From a virus (Duplodnaviria > Caudoviricetes), in the IMG/VR virus record IMGVR_UViG_3300037873_000023, positions 1-48,364 of that record: a DNA stretch of 48,364 nt; one strand, given 5' to 3'. Position numbers and translations under genes: made by a program. Shown in pieces: positions 8,152-16,761 of this stretch; position 1 is the stretch's first letter; every line of letters starts with the position of its first letter. The notes under the pieces were generated by a model, which saw only the letters and a program-made list of their open reading frames with translations, searched no databases and was not told the DNA's origin.

Positions 8152-8992
8152 CGGTGCCCGCCTCGGGTGGGGTAGCCACCTCAGGCCACGTGTCCGGCTC
8201 GTCGACGACCTCACCGTCGATGTCCGGCGGCGGTAGCTCACCGGCCGGGGTGTCTGCGGCAACCCGGTTCGCCTCGGCCAACGCCCGGGCCAACTCCATC
8301 CGGAACTCCGCCGAGGTCGGCACCCACTTCTGCAGCTGCCGCACCGCCGACTTCATCCACATGGCCTTGACGTGGTTGACCCACGGCGAGTACTCGGAAT
8401 CGGCGCCCTGCGACGACTTCTTGATCCGGGCAATGTCGTCGGTGTTCAGCTCGACCACCTGACTGATCGCGCCGTCCTTCATCCGCGCGTAGGCGTAGAC
8501 GCCGATCATGTCGCCCCGCTCAGCGTCACGCGCGAAGGGTGTGAACCGGTGTACCGGCACCTCGTCGACGCCCCGGTCGTAGCGGTAGTCGTCGCCGCGG
8601 TGCACCACCTGCACGACGACCGACGACACGGCGCCGGCCCGGTAGATGAGCTCGATGTGCCCCTGGTAGCCGACGATGCCGAGGATTTCCAGCCGGCCCT
8701 TGACCTTGCGTGGGGTCAGGTAGTACTCCTCGCTGGCGGGGGTGAGGCCGAGCCGGGCGGCGTCGAGCAGCGCCGCGAGGAACACGCCCGGGTTGTTTGC
8801 CGCGGCGATTTCCAGTTCGAACCGGTCGCCCTGCCGCTTGCCGCGCTTGAGCGCGCCTTGGGCGAGCCGGACCCAGGTCTCCGACTTGATGTGGCTCGGC
8901 AGCACCTGCGCGAAGCTGGCGGAGTACTGCTTGATGAGCGCGCTGGGGCTGTTGTCGCGCTGGGCGACGGCGTTGGTGACTGTCTCAGCCAT
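8144..8992 (-). CDS. recT: RecT-family ssDNA annealing protein
   Basis: AARLGL.P...YYLTP...GYQGHIELIYRAG...MWMKSAVRQLQKWVP. Confidence 0.9.
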   Translation of the reverse strand: MAETVTNAVAQRDNSPSALIKQYSASFAQVLPSHIKSETWVRLAQGALKRGKRQGDRFELEIAAANNPGVFLAALLDAARLGLTPASEEYYLTPRKVKGRLEILGIVGYQGHIELIYRAGAVSSVVVQVVHRGDDYRYDRGVDEVPVHRFTPFARDAERGDMIGVYAYARMKDGAISQVVELNTDDIARIKKSSQGADSEYSPWVNHVKAMWMKSAVRQLQKWVPTSAEFRMELARALAEANRVAADTPAGELPPPDIDGEVVDEPDTWPEVATPPEAGTDG

Positions 8993-9962
8993 TGGTGAGC
9001 ACCTTTCCCGGGTTGAGTTTGTCGATGGTGGCGGGTCCTACCTCGTAGGGTTTGCGGTCGTAGATGGAGCGGCTGGCCACGAGCCGGCCGTCCAACGTGA
9101 GCCGGCGGCCGCCTTCGAGCAGCCCGCGCCCGCGGGCCTCGTACCGGTCGCACAGCTCGGTGGCGCGTTTGCGGAGGGCGCGGGCGCGGCGCCATCCGTC
9201 GGCGAAGCTGGCCGGGACTTCCACGTCAACGTCCTCAACGCTGGGGTGCAGGCGGCGCAGGGTGGTGATGGTAACCGGGTGCCCGTCGTCGATGTCCGGC
9301 GGCTGGTCGGCCTCGAGCCGGCGCATGAAATCCATGGCACGGGTGCGCATCAGCACGAGGTCGCGCTGCGCGGCCCGGTCGACGCTGCCGTGGTAGGCGC
9401 GGAACCCGGACGGGCCGAGCACGCCGATCGACCACGATGGCAGGTCGAGCACGTCGCACTGCCACAGGACCTGAGCCCGGTAGTGGACGGGGATGGTGTC
9501 GCTGCCGTCCTCACCCCACCCATCCCACGAACCGGCCCACTTGCACTCGAGCGGCTCCAGCGGTGTCAGTTCGAACGGCATGCAAGAGCAGAGCACCTCG
9601 TGGTCAGCGCCGCAGTCGGGCCGGTGTTGGGCAACGAGCCGGTCGGGGGTGGCCAACTGCCACGGCCGGTCCGGGTGGAAGTACAGCCCGGCCGGGCGCA
9701 GCACCAGGTTTTCGTGCGGGTCGCACCGGTCGGCCCACAGGTCGGCCACCGCACCCTCTACCGCGGTGCCGATGCTCATCTCATCCGACGGCTGCTGCTC
9801 CCACCCTTCCCGCTTGGCCCACCACAGGCTGAACGGGGACTGCCAGGGTGAGATGCCCAGCAGCGCGGCAATGTCGCTGGCGGACACGCCGGCGCGGCGC
9901 AGCTCATGCCACCGCGGGTTGTCCGGTCCCGCCTGGTACGGCGGGAGCAGCTCGACTGCCAT
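8985..9962 (-). CDS. YqaJ/RecE-like exonuclease
   Basis: WHELRRAGVSASDIAALLG...ATPDR...LECK...YRAQVLWQ; directly upstream of recT. Confidence 0.9.
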   Translation of the reverse strand: MAVELLPPYQAGPDNPRWHELRRAGVSASDIAALLGISPWQSPFSLWWAKREGWEQQPSDEMSIGTAVEGAVADLWADRCDPHENLVLRPAGLYFHPDRPWQLATPDRLVAQHRPDCGADHEVLCSCMPFELTPLEPLECKWAGSWDGWGEDGSDTIPVHYRAQVLWQCDVLDLPSWSIGVLGPSGFRAYHGSVDRAAQRDLVLMRTRAMDFMRRLEADQPPDIDDGHPVTITTLRRLHPSVEDVDVEVPASFADGWRRARALRKRATELCDRYEARGRGLLEGGRRLTLDGRLVASRSIYDRKPYEVGPATIDKLNPGKVLTNG

Positions 9963-10150
9963 CAGCGCCTCCCGCTCATGGCGTCGACGTTGCGCCGCCA
10001 CGCACCCAGCCAGGCGGTGGCCAACTTGTGGCCGTGTTCGCAGCGGGCGGTGGGCCGCTCCACGGCGGGCATGGGGCAGCCGGCGGTGCAGTGCTCGGCG
10101 TGCTCGGCGCACATGTCGGTGGCGAGGGCGAGCTGCTGCGCGGCGGTCAC
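9962..10150 (-). CDS. small hypothetical protein
   Basis: 62 aa, GTGA/TGATG overlaps. Confidence 0.5.
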   Translation of the reverse strand: MTAAQQLALATDMCAEHAEHCTAGCPMPAVERPTARCEHGHKLATAWLGAWRRNVDAMSGRR

Positions 10151-10449
10151 GGCTGCACCTCCGGTGCGTCTTGGATCAGCCGGTAGCCGGTGGAGGTGGG
10201 CCGCGCGAACCGGATGACGGCGATCTCCGTCTGCTGGCCGCGCATGTCCCGCGGCTTGTACCACGGGACCCACGGGTGGTCGATGTGCGTCTGCGTGTCG
10301 GCCCGGTTCGTCAGCACGGTGCACACAGCGACATGCCGGCCCGTACCCGGGTCGTACCGGATCTCGTCGACGCGCAGGGTCCGGCCGGCCGCGCGCGGGT
10401 CGTTGTCGGCCCACACCTGCCCGGGCCGCACGTTCGGGGCGTCGCTCAT
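10147..10449 (-). CDS. hypothetical protein (100 aa)
   Basis: VRPGQVWADNDPR...RTLRV; GAGGAG RBS. Confidence 0.65.
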   Translation of the reverse strand: MSDAPNVRPGQVWADNDPRAAGRTLRVDEIRYDPGTGRHVAVCTVLTNRADTQTHIDHPWVPWYKPRDMRGQQTEIAVIRFARPTSTGYRLIQDAPEVQP

Positions 10450-10655
10450 GGTGTCGTCTCCTCGCGTTGGAAGCTGTACCGCAGCGTGGCCTGCACGGCG
10501 ACGGTGTGCCCGGTGTCCCGCGTGTGGTCGCGGGCGGCGTCCTCGACGCTCGCGCTGCCAACCATGCTGCTCGTGGCATCCCAAGGGCAGCCGACATGAT
10601 CGCATTCGGCGGTCCACACCGACCATGCGCTGAGCGTGCGCACAACCCGGGTCAT
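10446..10655 (-). CDS. small Zn-finger-like protein
   Basis: CxxxxC...HxxxxxH; ATGA overlaps. Confidence 0.55.
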   Translation of the reverse strand: MTRVVRTLSAWSVWTAECDHVGCPWDATSSMVGSASVEDAARDHTRDTGHTVAVQATLRYSFQREETTP

Positions 10656-10822
10656 GGTCCCCTCCTGATCCCGTCCGCGACCTGAATCACGAACACCAGT
10701 AGGCAGAACACGAGCGCACCTGCCGTTGTCGGGAGAGGGTCGCCGCTGGCGGCGTAGATCGCCACGATGATGCCGGCGCCGAGTGCGGTCAACGTGCACA
10801 AGAGATAGGCTGAGATCTTCAT
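10652..10822 (-). CDS. small 2-TM membrane protein
   Basis: Two hydrophobic segments; GGAGGA RBS. Confidence 0.6.
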   Translation of the reverse strand: MKISAYLLCTLTALGAGIIVAIYAASGDPLPTTAGALVFCLLVFVIQVADGIRRGP

Positions 10823-11187
10823 GTGGTCCTCCCGGTGCAGCGGTGGTCGGCCAGTTCGGACATGAGTTGACGTGCCGCGGCCCGGCGGGTCAGCCGGTAG
10901 CCGTGGCGCTGCTGGCAGCCGAGCCACCAGCACCAGCGGCGGCGCCACCACCGGCGGCTGTCCCGCTCGAGCCACACGTCGTGCCAGGTGGTGGGTTGCG
11001 GTTGGTCGGGCCCGGGCAGGTGGTCACGTTTCCGGACGCGGATGCGCCGGTCGGGGCGGGTCTGGTGGAGGGCTTTCACGGCGGCGATGGGGGCATGGTC
11101 GCGCTCGTAGTCGCGGCGTAGCCGGTGCCAGCCGCGGGTGGTCCACGCCCGGGTGATGCGGGTGCGCACCCAACGCAGGGCGGTCAT
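10819..11187 (-). CDS. Arg/Trp-rich hypothetical protein
   Basis: ATGA-coupled on both sides. Confidence 0.5.
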   Translation of the reverse strand: MTALRWVRTRITRAWTTRGWHRLRRDYERDHAPIAAVKALHQTRPDRRIRVRKRDHLPGPDQPQPTTWHDVWLERDSRRWWRRRWCWWLGCQQRHGYRLTRRAAARQLMSELADHRCTGRTT

Positions 11188-11306
11188 CGGAACATCGCCC
11201 AGCCGATGACGGCGATCGCGGCGAAGATCACGGCGGTTGTCGCGGCATTCGCCCACACTTGGTGTGGGCTGGCGCATTCGGCCGCCGCCTGCAATGCCCA
11301 GGTCAT
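11184..11306 (-). CDS. small membrane peptide (40 aa)
   Basis: Hydrophobic C-terminus; TGATG and ATGA overlaps. Confidence 0.45.
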   Translation of the reverse strand: MTWALQAAAECASPHQVWANAATTAVIFAAIAVIGWAMFR

Positions 11307-11665
11307 CAGGTCTCCTCGACGTTCTTGTAGTCGATGCCGATGACGGTGGTGACCGTGGCCGCATCGTCGCCTGCCGCGAACGGGCGGCCCTGCTCGTCGC
11401 GGCGGAGGCGCGTCACGGTGATGGACCTCCAGTCCATCCATATGTTCGTGACGTCCTGGTAGTCGATGCCGAGCGATGCGAGCGCAGCACGCACAGCACC
11501 GGTGCTGATGATGGTGGGGTCGGTGGTGTCCACTTTGCCTCCTGGTTGTGGCCGGTCGCCGAGGATTTCCCACAGCATTTCGTGGTTGAGGTAGACGATC
11601 AGGCTGATGCAGAACAGGACGGCGCCGACGGCCATGACCACGAACGCGGTCCACGGGGTACTCAC
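11306..11665 (-). CDS. membrane-anchored hypothetical protein
   Basis: N-terminal TM segment; GTGA overlap. Confidence 0.6.
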   Translation of the reverse strand: MSTPWTAFVVMAVGAVLFCISLIVYLNHEMLWEILGDRPQPGGKVDTTDPTIISTGAVRAALASLGIDYQDVTNIWMDWRSITVTRLRRDEQGRPFAAGDDAATVTTVIGIDYKNVEET

Positions 11666-11919
11666 GCCTCGCCTCCGGTCAGGGTCAGGGCGATCAGCGC
11701 GGTGCCGTAGCGTTGGATTTCGGCGCCGTAGAAGCCACAGTCGGCGGCGGCGGCCTGGCGGCGCGGGTCGCCGGCGGCCAGGATCTCCGCGTCGGCCGAG
11801 TGCCGGCCGGGACGCTTGTAGGCGTCGGTGATCCGCACGAACCTGCCCTTCGCGTCCTCGTAGGAGGCGAGCGCGTTGAGCATCCGGTCGCGCAGTTGGG
11901 CGGTGGTCAACTGGGTCAC
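11662..11919 (-). CDS. hypothetical protein (85 aa)
   Basis: GTGA overlap with whiB. Confidence 0.6.
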   Translation of the reverse strand: MTQLTTAQLRDRMLNALASYEDAKGRFVRITDAYKRPGRHSADAEILAAGDPRRQAAAADCGFYGAEIQRYGTALIALTLTGGEA

Positions 11920-12215
11920 AGCTCGCCCCCTTGGTGCTCGAGGTGGACGCAGCGACCGGTGTCGCACTGTTCCCGCTGCCAGCGGCCACGCGGGCCGAGC
12001 CCGCCGGCGATGCCGGACCGGCCATCACTGTCCCGGCCTGCCTCGACGGCCATGGCGGAGGCCAAGCAGTCGAACAGGACGGGGCAGCGCAGGCAGACGG
12101 CCCGCGCCTGCGCCCGCAGGTGTGGCTCTTTGGAGAACCAGGCGTCGGCGCCGAGTGGGTGGTCACGGCAGCCGGCGCGTAGCCGCCAGTCCAGGTCGGT
12201 GATGGTGACGGTCAT
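11916..12215 (-). CDS. whiB: WhiB-family Fe-S transcription factor
   Basis: WRLRAGC...WF...AVCLRCPVLFDCL...GIAGGL (four Cys plus a variant of the GVWGG turn). Confidence 0.9.
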   Translation of the reverse strand: MTVTITDLDWRLRAGCRDHPLGADAWFSKEPHLRAQARAVCLRCPVLFDCLASAMAVEAGRDSDGRSGIAGGLGPRGRWQREQCDTGRCVHLEHQGGEL

Positions 12216-12421
12216 GGTGTGCTCCCGTTGGTGTGCAGCGACGCCGGCCACAGCAGGCCGTCGAACTCGTCGAGCACCGCAGCCCAGTCGAGGTCGTCGT
12301 AGCGCCACTGGTGGTATGCGGCCCATGCGGGTAGGACGGTGGCGGCGTCGGCGCGGGTGGCGGCCGGGCCCAGGAACTGGCGGATGGCGGCCACGGCCTC
12401 CTGCTCGGTGCGTTCAGCCAT
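12212..12421 (-). CDS. hypothetical protein
   Basis: 69 aa, GGAGG RBS. Confidence 0.55.
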   Translation of the reverse strand: MAERTEQEAVAAIRQFLGPAATRADAATVLPAWAAYHQWRYDDLDWAAVLDEFDGLLWPASLHTNGSTP

Positions 12422-12632
12422 GGTCAGCCTCCCCACCCTGATGGGTGACCGGGTTGGGTGCCCCGGTTGGCGAGCGGAGCACCATGGTCACGTCGGCGGG
12501 ATGGTAGGTCTCACCGTCAACCAGGTAGCCGGTCACGTGGTCGTGAAGCCACTGGAGCACGAACCTCTCGTCGACAGCACGCCCCCAGTCTGTTTCCCTG
12601 ATGAGGGCTGGGTTGTAGTCCTGCTCAGCCAC
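12414..12632 (-). CDS. hypothetical protein
   Basis: 72 aa, within the operon. Confidence 0.55.
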   Translation of the reverse strand: MAEQDYNPALIRETDWGRAVDERFVLQWLHDHVTGYLVDGETYHPADVTMVLRSPTGAPNPVTHQGGEADHG

Positions 12633-12633
12633 A

Positions 12634-12819
12634 TCACCGCCACCCTTCGAGTTCGTCCTGCGAGCGCCGGTCGGCTAGCCCGCTGACCCGGGCCGCGTGC
12701 CGGGCCTGCTCCCACTGCCGGCTGGCCGTGCGGGCCAGCCGCCGGTCGAGCAGGTGTAGCCCAGCGACGGCGGCGAGGGCGAGCGCCAGCCAGAACAGGC
12801 CGATCAATGCGGTGCTCAT
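12634..12819 (-). CDS. small membrane protein
   Basis: N-terminal TM; AGGAGG RBS. Confidence 0.6.
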   Translation of the reverse strand: MSTALIGLFWLALALAAVAGLHLLDRRLARTASRQWEQARHAARVSGLADRRSQDELEGWR

Positions 12820-12840
12820 GGTGGTGGCACCTCCTGTTAT

Positions 12841-12895
12841 GGGACGTTGGGGTAGCCCCAGGGCGCGCGCAGCGTCCCGAAACGCGCACCCTGGG
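12841..12895 (-). promoter_or_regulatory. hairpin with loop complementary to downstream sequence (pseudoknot-like leader)
   Basis: 13-bp stem 12857-12895; loop GGGACG can pair with CGTCCC (12841-12846) just before the RBS. Confidence 0.45.
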
Positions 12896-12967
12896 AGTCG
12901 TGGTGGTGGCCGGGCGCCGCCGCGGTCTTGGTCGTGCGCGACCAGCCGGTGCCGCTCCAGGACGCGC

Positions 12968-13165
12968 TCACGACGGCTCCCCGGTGATCAGCTCGGCGAC
13001 CGGCATCGCGCCCTCACGGCGGAACGGCTCCTCGACGTTGGCGTGGGCGCCGAGCCGGTCGGGGTGGGCGCTCACCCAGTCGGGGTGCGGGTCGGCCCGG
13101 TGCTTCCCGCAGTAGGCCAGCGACCGCCAGTTGACGGTGAGGATCACCGGCGTGGTCTCATCCAT
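12968..13165 (-). CDS. hypothetical protein
   Basis: 65 aa, TGATG overlap. Confidence 0.5.
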   Translation of the reverse strand: MDETTPVILTVNWRSLAYCGKHRADPHPDWVSAHPDRLGAHANVEEPFRREGAMPVAELITGEPS

Positions 13166-13368
13166 CACGTCACCTCGCGGAGCACGTCGCCGACGGTCGT
13201 GCCGGCGGGCCGGTTCTTCACCGCGTCGGCGATGGCGCACGCTTCGAGGGCACGCTCTACGTGGGCCGGGGTCATGAGGATGCCGGTTTCGAGGCAGCGG
13301 ACGCCGCCGTCGACGTGCTGCGCCGGGCCGCCGCAGCCCGGGATGGGGCAGGGGATCGTGTCGGTCAT
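13165..13368 (-). CDS. small Zn-ribbon-like protein
   Basis: CPIPGC...C; GGAGGA RBS. Confidence 0.55.
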   Translation of the reverse strand: MTDTIPCPIPGCGGPAQHVDGGVRCLETGILMTPAHVERALEACAIADAVKNRPAGTTVGDVLREVT

Positions 13369-13381
13369 CGGGTCCTCCGGG

Positions 13382-13528
13382 TTAGCGCGCCAGGATCAGC
13401 AGCAGCAGCGGGAGCAGGATCAGGGCCAGCAGCAGGCAGAGCGGCCACGTTCTGGTGGTGCGGTTGGTGCGGCGGGTCTGCTGGTGTCGGCGGGGGTGAC
13501 GGCCGGGCCCGCCCGGCGAGCGGGTCAC
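13382..13528 (-). CDS. small basic membrane peptide
   Basis: Arg-rich N-terminus, Leu-rich C-terminal TM; GTGA overlap. Confidence 0.5.
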   Translation of the reverse strand: MTRSPGGPGRHPRRHQQTRRTNRTTRTWPLCLLLALILLPLLLLILAR

Positions 13529-13851
13529 GGCGCACCGTCCTTTGGCACCCGCGCCGCCCACTGCATCGCGCACTCGTCCGCGCATGGACCGGCCGGGGTG
13601 TCCAGGCAGATCCGGTCGCAGCCCGGGACATGCCGTGCGGCTACCCGGCCGGTGATATTGACCGGTGCGCGGCAGTCCGGTGGGAACCACCAGACCTGCT
13701 GCCGGCTACAATGGCCAAGGCGATGCGGGTGGAGAAAGCTACACAGGGTGCGGGGTTGCCACCACCAGCGGCGCCGGTCGGCCAGCATGTCGTAGGGGCG
13801 GATGACGTACCCGATGCGGGTCAACGCCCATCCCAACCAGGCGCGGGTCAT
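13525..13851 (-). CDS. Cys/Trp-rich hypothetical protein
   Basis: ATGA overlap. Confidence 0.5.
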   Translation of the reverse strand: MTRAWLGWALTRIGYVIRPYDMLADRRRWWWQPRTLCSFLHPHRLGHCSRQQVWWFPPDCRAPVNITGRVAARHVPGCDRICLDTPAGPCADECAMQWAARVPKDGAP

Positions 13852-14066
13852 GGCGCACGCTCCGCGTCCCGCATCACGGCGCAGGCGTAGGCGGCGGCGA
13901 TTTGACCCGGCTTGTGCTCCATCGCGGCGCGGTAGATGACGTCCCTAAGTAGGACCTGGGCGGGTATCCCGTCGGCGAGTGCGTGGCGTGCGAGCTGCAC
14001 CAGGCTTGTATGGATGTCACGGCAGGCGGCCATCTGCTGGTCCAGTTGGGCGGTGGTCGGGCTCAT
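13848..14066 (-). CDS. hypothetical protein
   Basis: 72 aa, ATGA overlaps. Confidence 0.6.
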   Translation of the reverse strand: MSPTTAQLDQQMAACRDIHTSLVQLARHALADGIPAQVLLRDVIYRAAMEHKPGQIAAAYACAVMRDAERAP

Positions 14067-14533
14067 CGGGTACCTCCGGCCGTCACGGCCTGCCTCGCCA
14101 GGGACACCACCTGAGCCTGGACGTATGCGAGATCGCGGTAGATGCCCTCGCGCTCGCGTAGTCCCAACTTGCGCACGGTGGCGTCTACACCGGGAACCAG
14201 ATCGCCGAAGTGGGCGCAGTCAAACCCGAGCCACCACACGTCATCCGGCCGACCAGGCTCAGGGATGTGGCAGATGCCGTGCTCCTGGTCTTCCTGGCAC
14301 CGATTGGCGTAGGTGAGCCCTCCGTGGGCGTCGGCCGGCACATCGTCGTAGTCCTGGCCGTGCCACGGGTGGCCCGGCGGTACGCCAACGTATCCGCAGA
14401 GCGCGCCGCTGCCGTTGCGCACGATCAGGCAGTCGAGCCCGCTGGCCTCGTCGATCCACTGCACCTTGTCCGGCTCGTCCTGCCAGGGACCCGGGGTGTC
14501 GGGCTTGCGGTCGGGGATGGTCCAGGTCTTCAT
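14063..14533 (-). CDS. conserved phage protein (CGYV...HGGLTY...GFDCAH)
   Basis: Recognisable widespread phage motif; ATGA overlap. Confidence 0.75.
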   Translation of the reverse strand: MKTWTIPDRKPDTPGPWQDEPDKVQWIDEASGLDCLIVRNGSGALCGYVGVPPGHPWHGQDYDDVPADAHGGLTYANRCQEDQEHGICHIPEPGRPDDVWWLGFDCAHFGDLVPGVDATVRKLGLREREGIYRDLAYVQAQVVSLARQAVTAGGTR

Positions 14534-14712
14534 CGGGTTCCTCCTGGGCGGCGGGCGGGGATGGCGGCGAGTAGGCAGCCGACGCCGGTCAGGGCGAGGC
14601 CGAGCAGGGTGAGGGTGGCGACCGGACCCCAGTTGAGGCGGGCGACGGCGGCGGTGGGTACGGCGGCGACCAGGGCCAAGCCGGCGCACGTGAGCACGAG
14701 CTGGCGGATCAT
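14530..14712 (-). CDS. small 2-TM membrane protein
   Basis: Hydrophobic 60-aa ORF, ATGA overlaps. Confidence 0.55.
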   Translation of the reverse strand: MIRQLVLTCAGLALVAAVPTAAVARLNWGPVATLTLLGLALTGVGCLLAAIPARRPGGTR

Positions 14713-15191
14713 GGGAGCACCTCGTCCGGGTGATCGCCCTGCCACGCGGCAAGCGCAGCCTCGGTGTCCATGCCCGCACCCAGGTACGCCGCCAGCGCGG
14801 CGTACCGCCGGTTCTCCTTGGCAGCCCGGGCGTTCACCCGCGCAGCGTTGTCACCGATGTACCCGAGGTGCTTCGCCCAGTCGGTCATGTCCATCCGGCG
14901 GCGCACCCGCCGCGCGGAGTCGCCGACGGCGATCGCAGCGTCGAGGTCGTCGCCGAGCGTGGGCTGTTCTGATGGCTTGGTGCGCTGCCGGTCCACGTAG
15001 TCGACTGCCGCCCGGGCGCTGATCTCGATCAGGTCCCGGATCGCGCTGTGCTCGTCGTCGGCGAACCGTGCGATCAGGTCCTCGATCAGTTGGGCGAGCA
15101 GGTCGGGGAGCGCGAACTCGGCACCGTCTGCGAGCGCCTTCTCGTATAGCTCGATGGCAAGCTTCCGGATCTGCTGCTCGGCGTGGTTCAC
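14709..15191 (-). CDS. hypothetical protein (160 aa)
   Basis: GTGA overlap; high-GC3 codon use. Confidence 0.65.
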   Translation of the reverse strand: MNHAEQQIRKLAIELYEKALADGAEFALPDLLAQLIEDLIARFADDEHSAIRDLIEISARAAVDYVDRQRTKPSEQPTLGDDLDAAIAVGDSARRVRRRMDMTDWAKHLGYIGDNAARVNARAAKENRRYAALAAYLGAGMDTEAALAAWQGDHPDEVLP

Positions 15192-15964
15192 TCTGGCCAC
15201 CTCTCGGCGAGTGCGCTCAGGAAGTCGGCGGCCATGCGCAGCCGCTTGGCTGTGGTGGGCTCGGGGTAGACGTCCTGGTCGGGTCGCCACCGGGACAGCT
15301 CCCACTCGGCGGCGTCGACGCGGCGGGACCGCTCGGCCATCAGCCAGACGCAGCGGGCCAGGTCGCGGGAGTGAACCTCGCGCATCTTCTGGTCCTCGGC
15401 GTCGCGGGCGATCCGCTCCCGAACCTCGGGGTCGGCCGGCCGGGTCGGCTCAGGTGTGACCTTCTCGGCGATCCGCTGCTCGATCTGCTCGGCGATCTCC
15501 GGCGGCAGCGGGTCGGCGGCGGGCTCGGGCTGAGGCTCGAGCCTCTCCTCGGCGACATCCGCGATCCTGTTGCCAATCCATTCTCGAGTCACGACCTCTT
15601 CAAGATCGTCATCGCGTGACATGTCACGCGGGCGTGATCTTGACTGCCGCTGGCGTTCGGCGCTCTCGGACTGCCCGACCATCTCGGCGAGCTCCCGCTG
15701 GGTCCGACGCTGCGCTGGAGGGAGCTCGTTCTCCTCCTGGCGCACCTGTTGGACCACGCTCGCGGCGATCTCCTTGGTCGGCCGCATCGACAGGGCGCGC
15801 ATGGTCGGGGTGACCCGATCGGTCCACCACTCGGCGAACGTGTCGTAGCCCAGCTCGGTCCATGCCTGCGTGGCGACGATCTCCTCGTACGCCGTCTGGG
15901 CGTCTTCCAGCCCGCCGAGGAACGCCTCCTCAAGCTGGCGCGCCCGCTGCACCAGGCTGGTCAT
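15188..15964 (-). CDS. HTH-containing DNA-binding protein
   Basis: TQRELAEMVGQSESA HTH-like segment; ATGA-coupled to the Cro-like gene. Confidence 0.65.
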   Translation of the reverse strand: MTSLVQRARQLEEAFLGGLEDAQTAYEEIVATQAWTELGYDTFAEWWTDRVTPTMRALSMRPTKEIAASVVQQVRQEENELPPAQRRTQRELAEMVGQSESAERQRQSRSRPRDMSRDDDLEEVVTREWIGNRIADVAEERLEPQPEPAADPLPPEIAEQIEQRIAEKVTPEPTRPADPEVRERIARDAEDQKMREVHSRDLARCVWLMAERSRRVDAAEWELSRWRPDQDVYPEPTTAKRLRMAADFLSALAERWPE

Positions 15965-16167
15965 GACACGACCGCCGTGTCGCTGTCGCCGAACCAGTCT
16001 CTTAGTGCCTGGTGGCTGACCTCGATGCCGGTCTGGGCCTTGATGTCAGTTGCGATGGCCCGCCAGCCGGCGCGCTCGGCACGCCGAGCGGCTACGAACT
16101 TGGCAAGCGGCTGGTTCAGTCGCTCGTCGATCAGCCTGTGCAGGCGAGTCTTAGCAGTGCTCGGCAT
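15961..16167 (-). CDS. Cro-like HTH protein
   Basis: 68 aa, GWRAIA...VSHQALRDW; divergent from the repressor, first gene of the early operon. Confidence 0.75.
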   Translation of the reverse strand: MPSTAKTRLHRLIDERLNQPLAKFVAARRAERAGWRAIATDIKAQTGIEVSHQALRDWFGDSDTAVVS

Positions 16168-16174
16168 AAGCAGT

Positions 16175-16290
16175 AGTTTTACATAGCGGCAGTGCTGCCG
16201 CAAGGGCGCATCGTCACCCGATCAGCTACACATCTGCCGTCAAAAGGTTGACGCCTAGCCATTGGCAAGTCGCTGCCATCGTGTAAAACT
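16175..16290. promoter_or_regulatory. divergent leaderless promoters and operator-like palindromes of the genetic switch
   Basis: TGTAAAACT 6-7 nt before both ATGs; palindromes at 16187-16200, 16238-16253 and 16263-16278. Confidence 0.65.
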
Positions 16291-16296
16291 CTTGCT

Positions 16297-16761
16297 ATGG
16301 CCAGGGCACAGACGATCGGGGAGCAGGCGCCGACGCGCACCATCCCGGTCGATACGTTCAGGGCGAGACTGAAGCTCGCACGGCTCCACGCGGGTGATCT
16401 CACGATGCGCGAGGCGGCCCAACGGTGCGGACTGATCCACGCATCGTGGGCGAACTGGGAAAAGGGTATGGAGCCGCGCGGGCTAGCCCAGATCGCCGAG
16501 GCGATAAGCGAGGGCCTTGGGGTGGACCGGGACTGGCTGCTGTTCGGCGGCCCACTGGCCCAGCCCGAGCGGCGCACCACCCGGCACCTCACGCGCAGAC
16601 GCACATCTAACGAGCGTTCGCCCCGACGAACCGATCAGACAGCCGGTGCTACCCGACCGGTCACCCCGACCGACCAAAACTCCGGCCCAACCGGCAACCA
16701 GCACAACCGCAGCACCGACGTCAACCGCAGACCCGAGCGAATCTCGCGGGTGACACCATGA
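16297..16761 (+). CDS. immunity repressor (XRE-family HTH)
   Basis: RLKLARL...LTMREAAQRCGL...WANWEKG..P...IAEAISEGLGVDRDWLLFG; upstream of the integrase. Confidence 0.85.
   Translation: MARAQTIGEQAPTRTIPVDTFRARLKLARLHAGDLTMREAAQRCGLIHASWANWEKGMEPRGLAQIAEAISEGLGVDRDWLLFGGPLAQPERRTTRHLTRRRTSNERSPRRTDQTAGATRPVTPTDQNSGPTGNQHNRSTDVNRRPERISRVTP

Noticed and set aside
12837-12971. 44-aa ORF (MSASWSGTGW...) on the minus strand
   Set aside because: Mostly overlaps a strong RNA hairpin and has no motif; coding status unsupported
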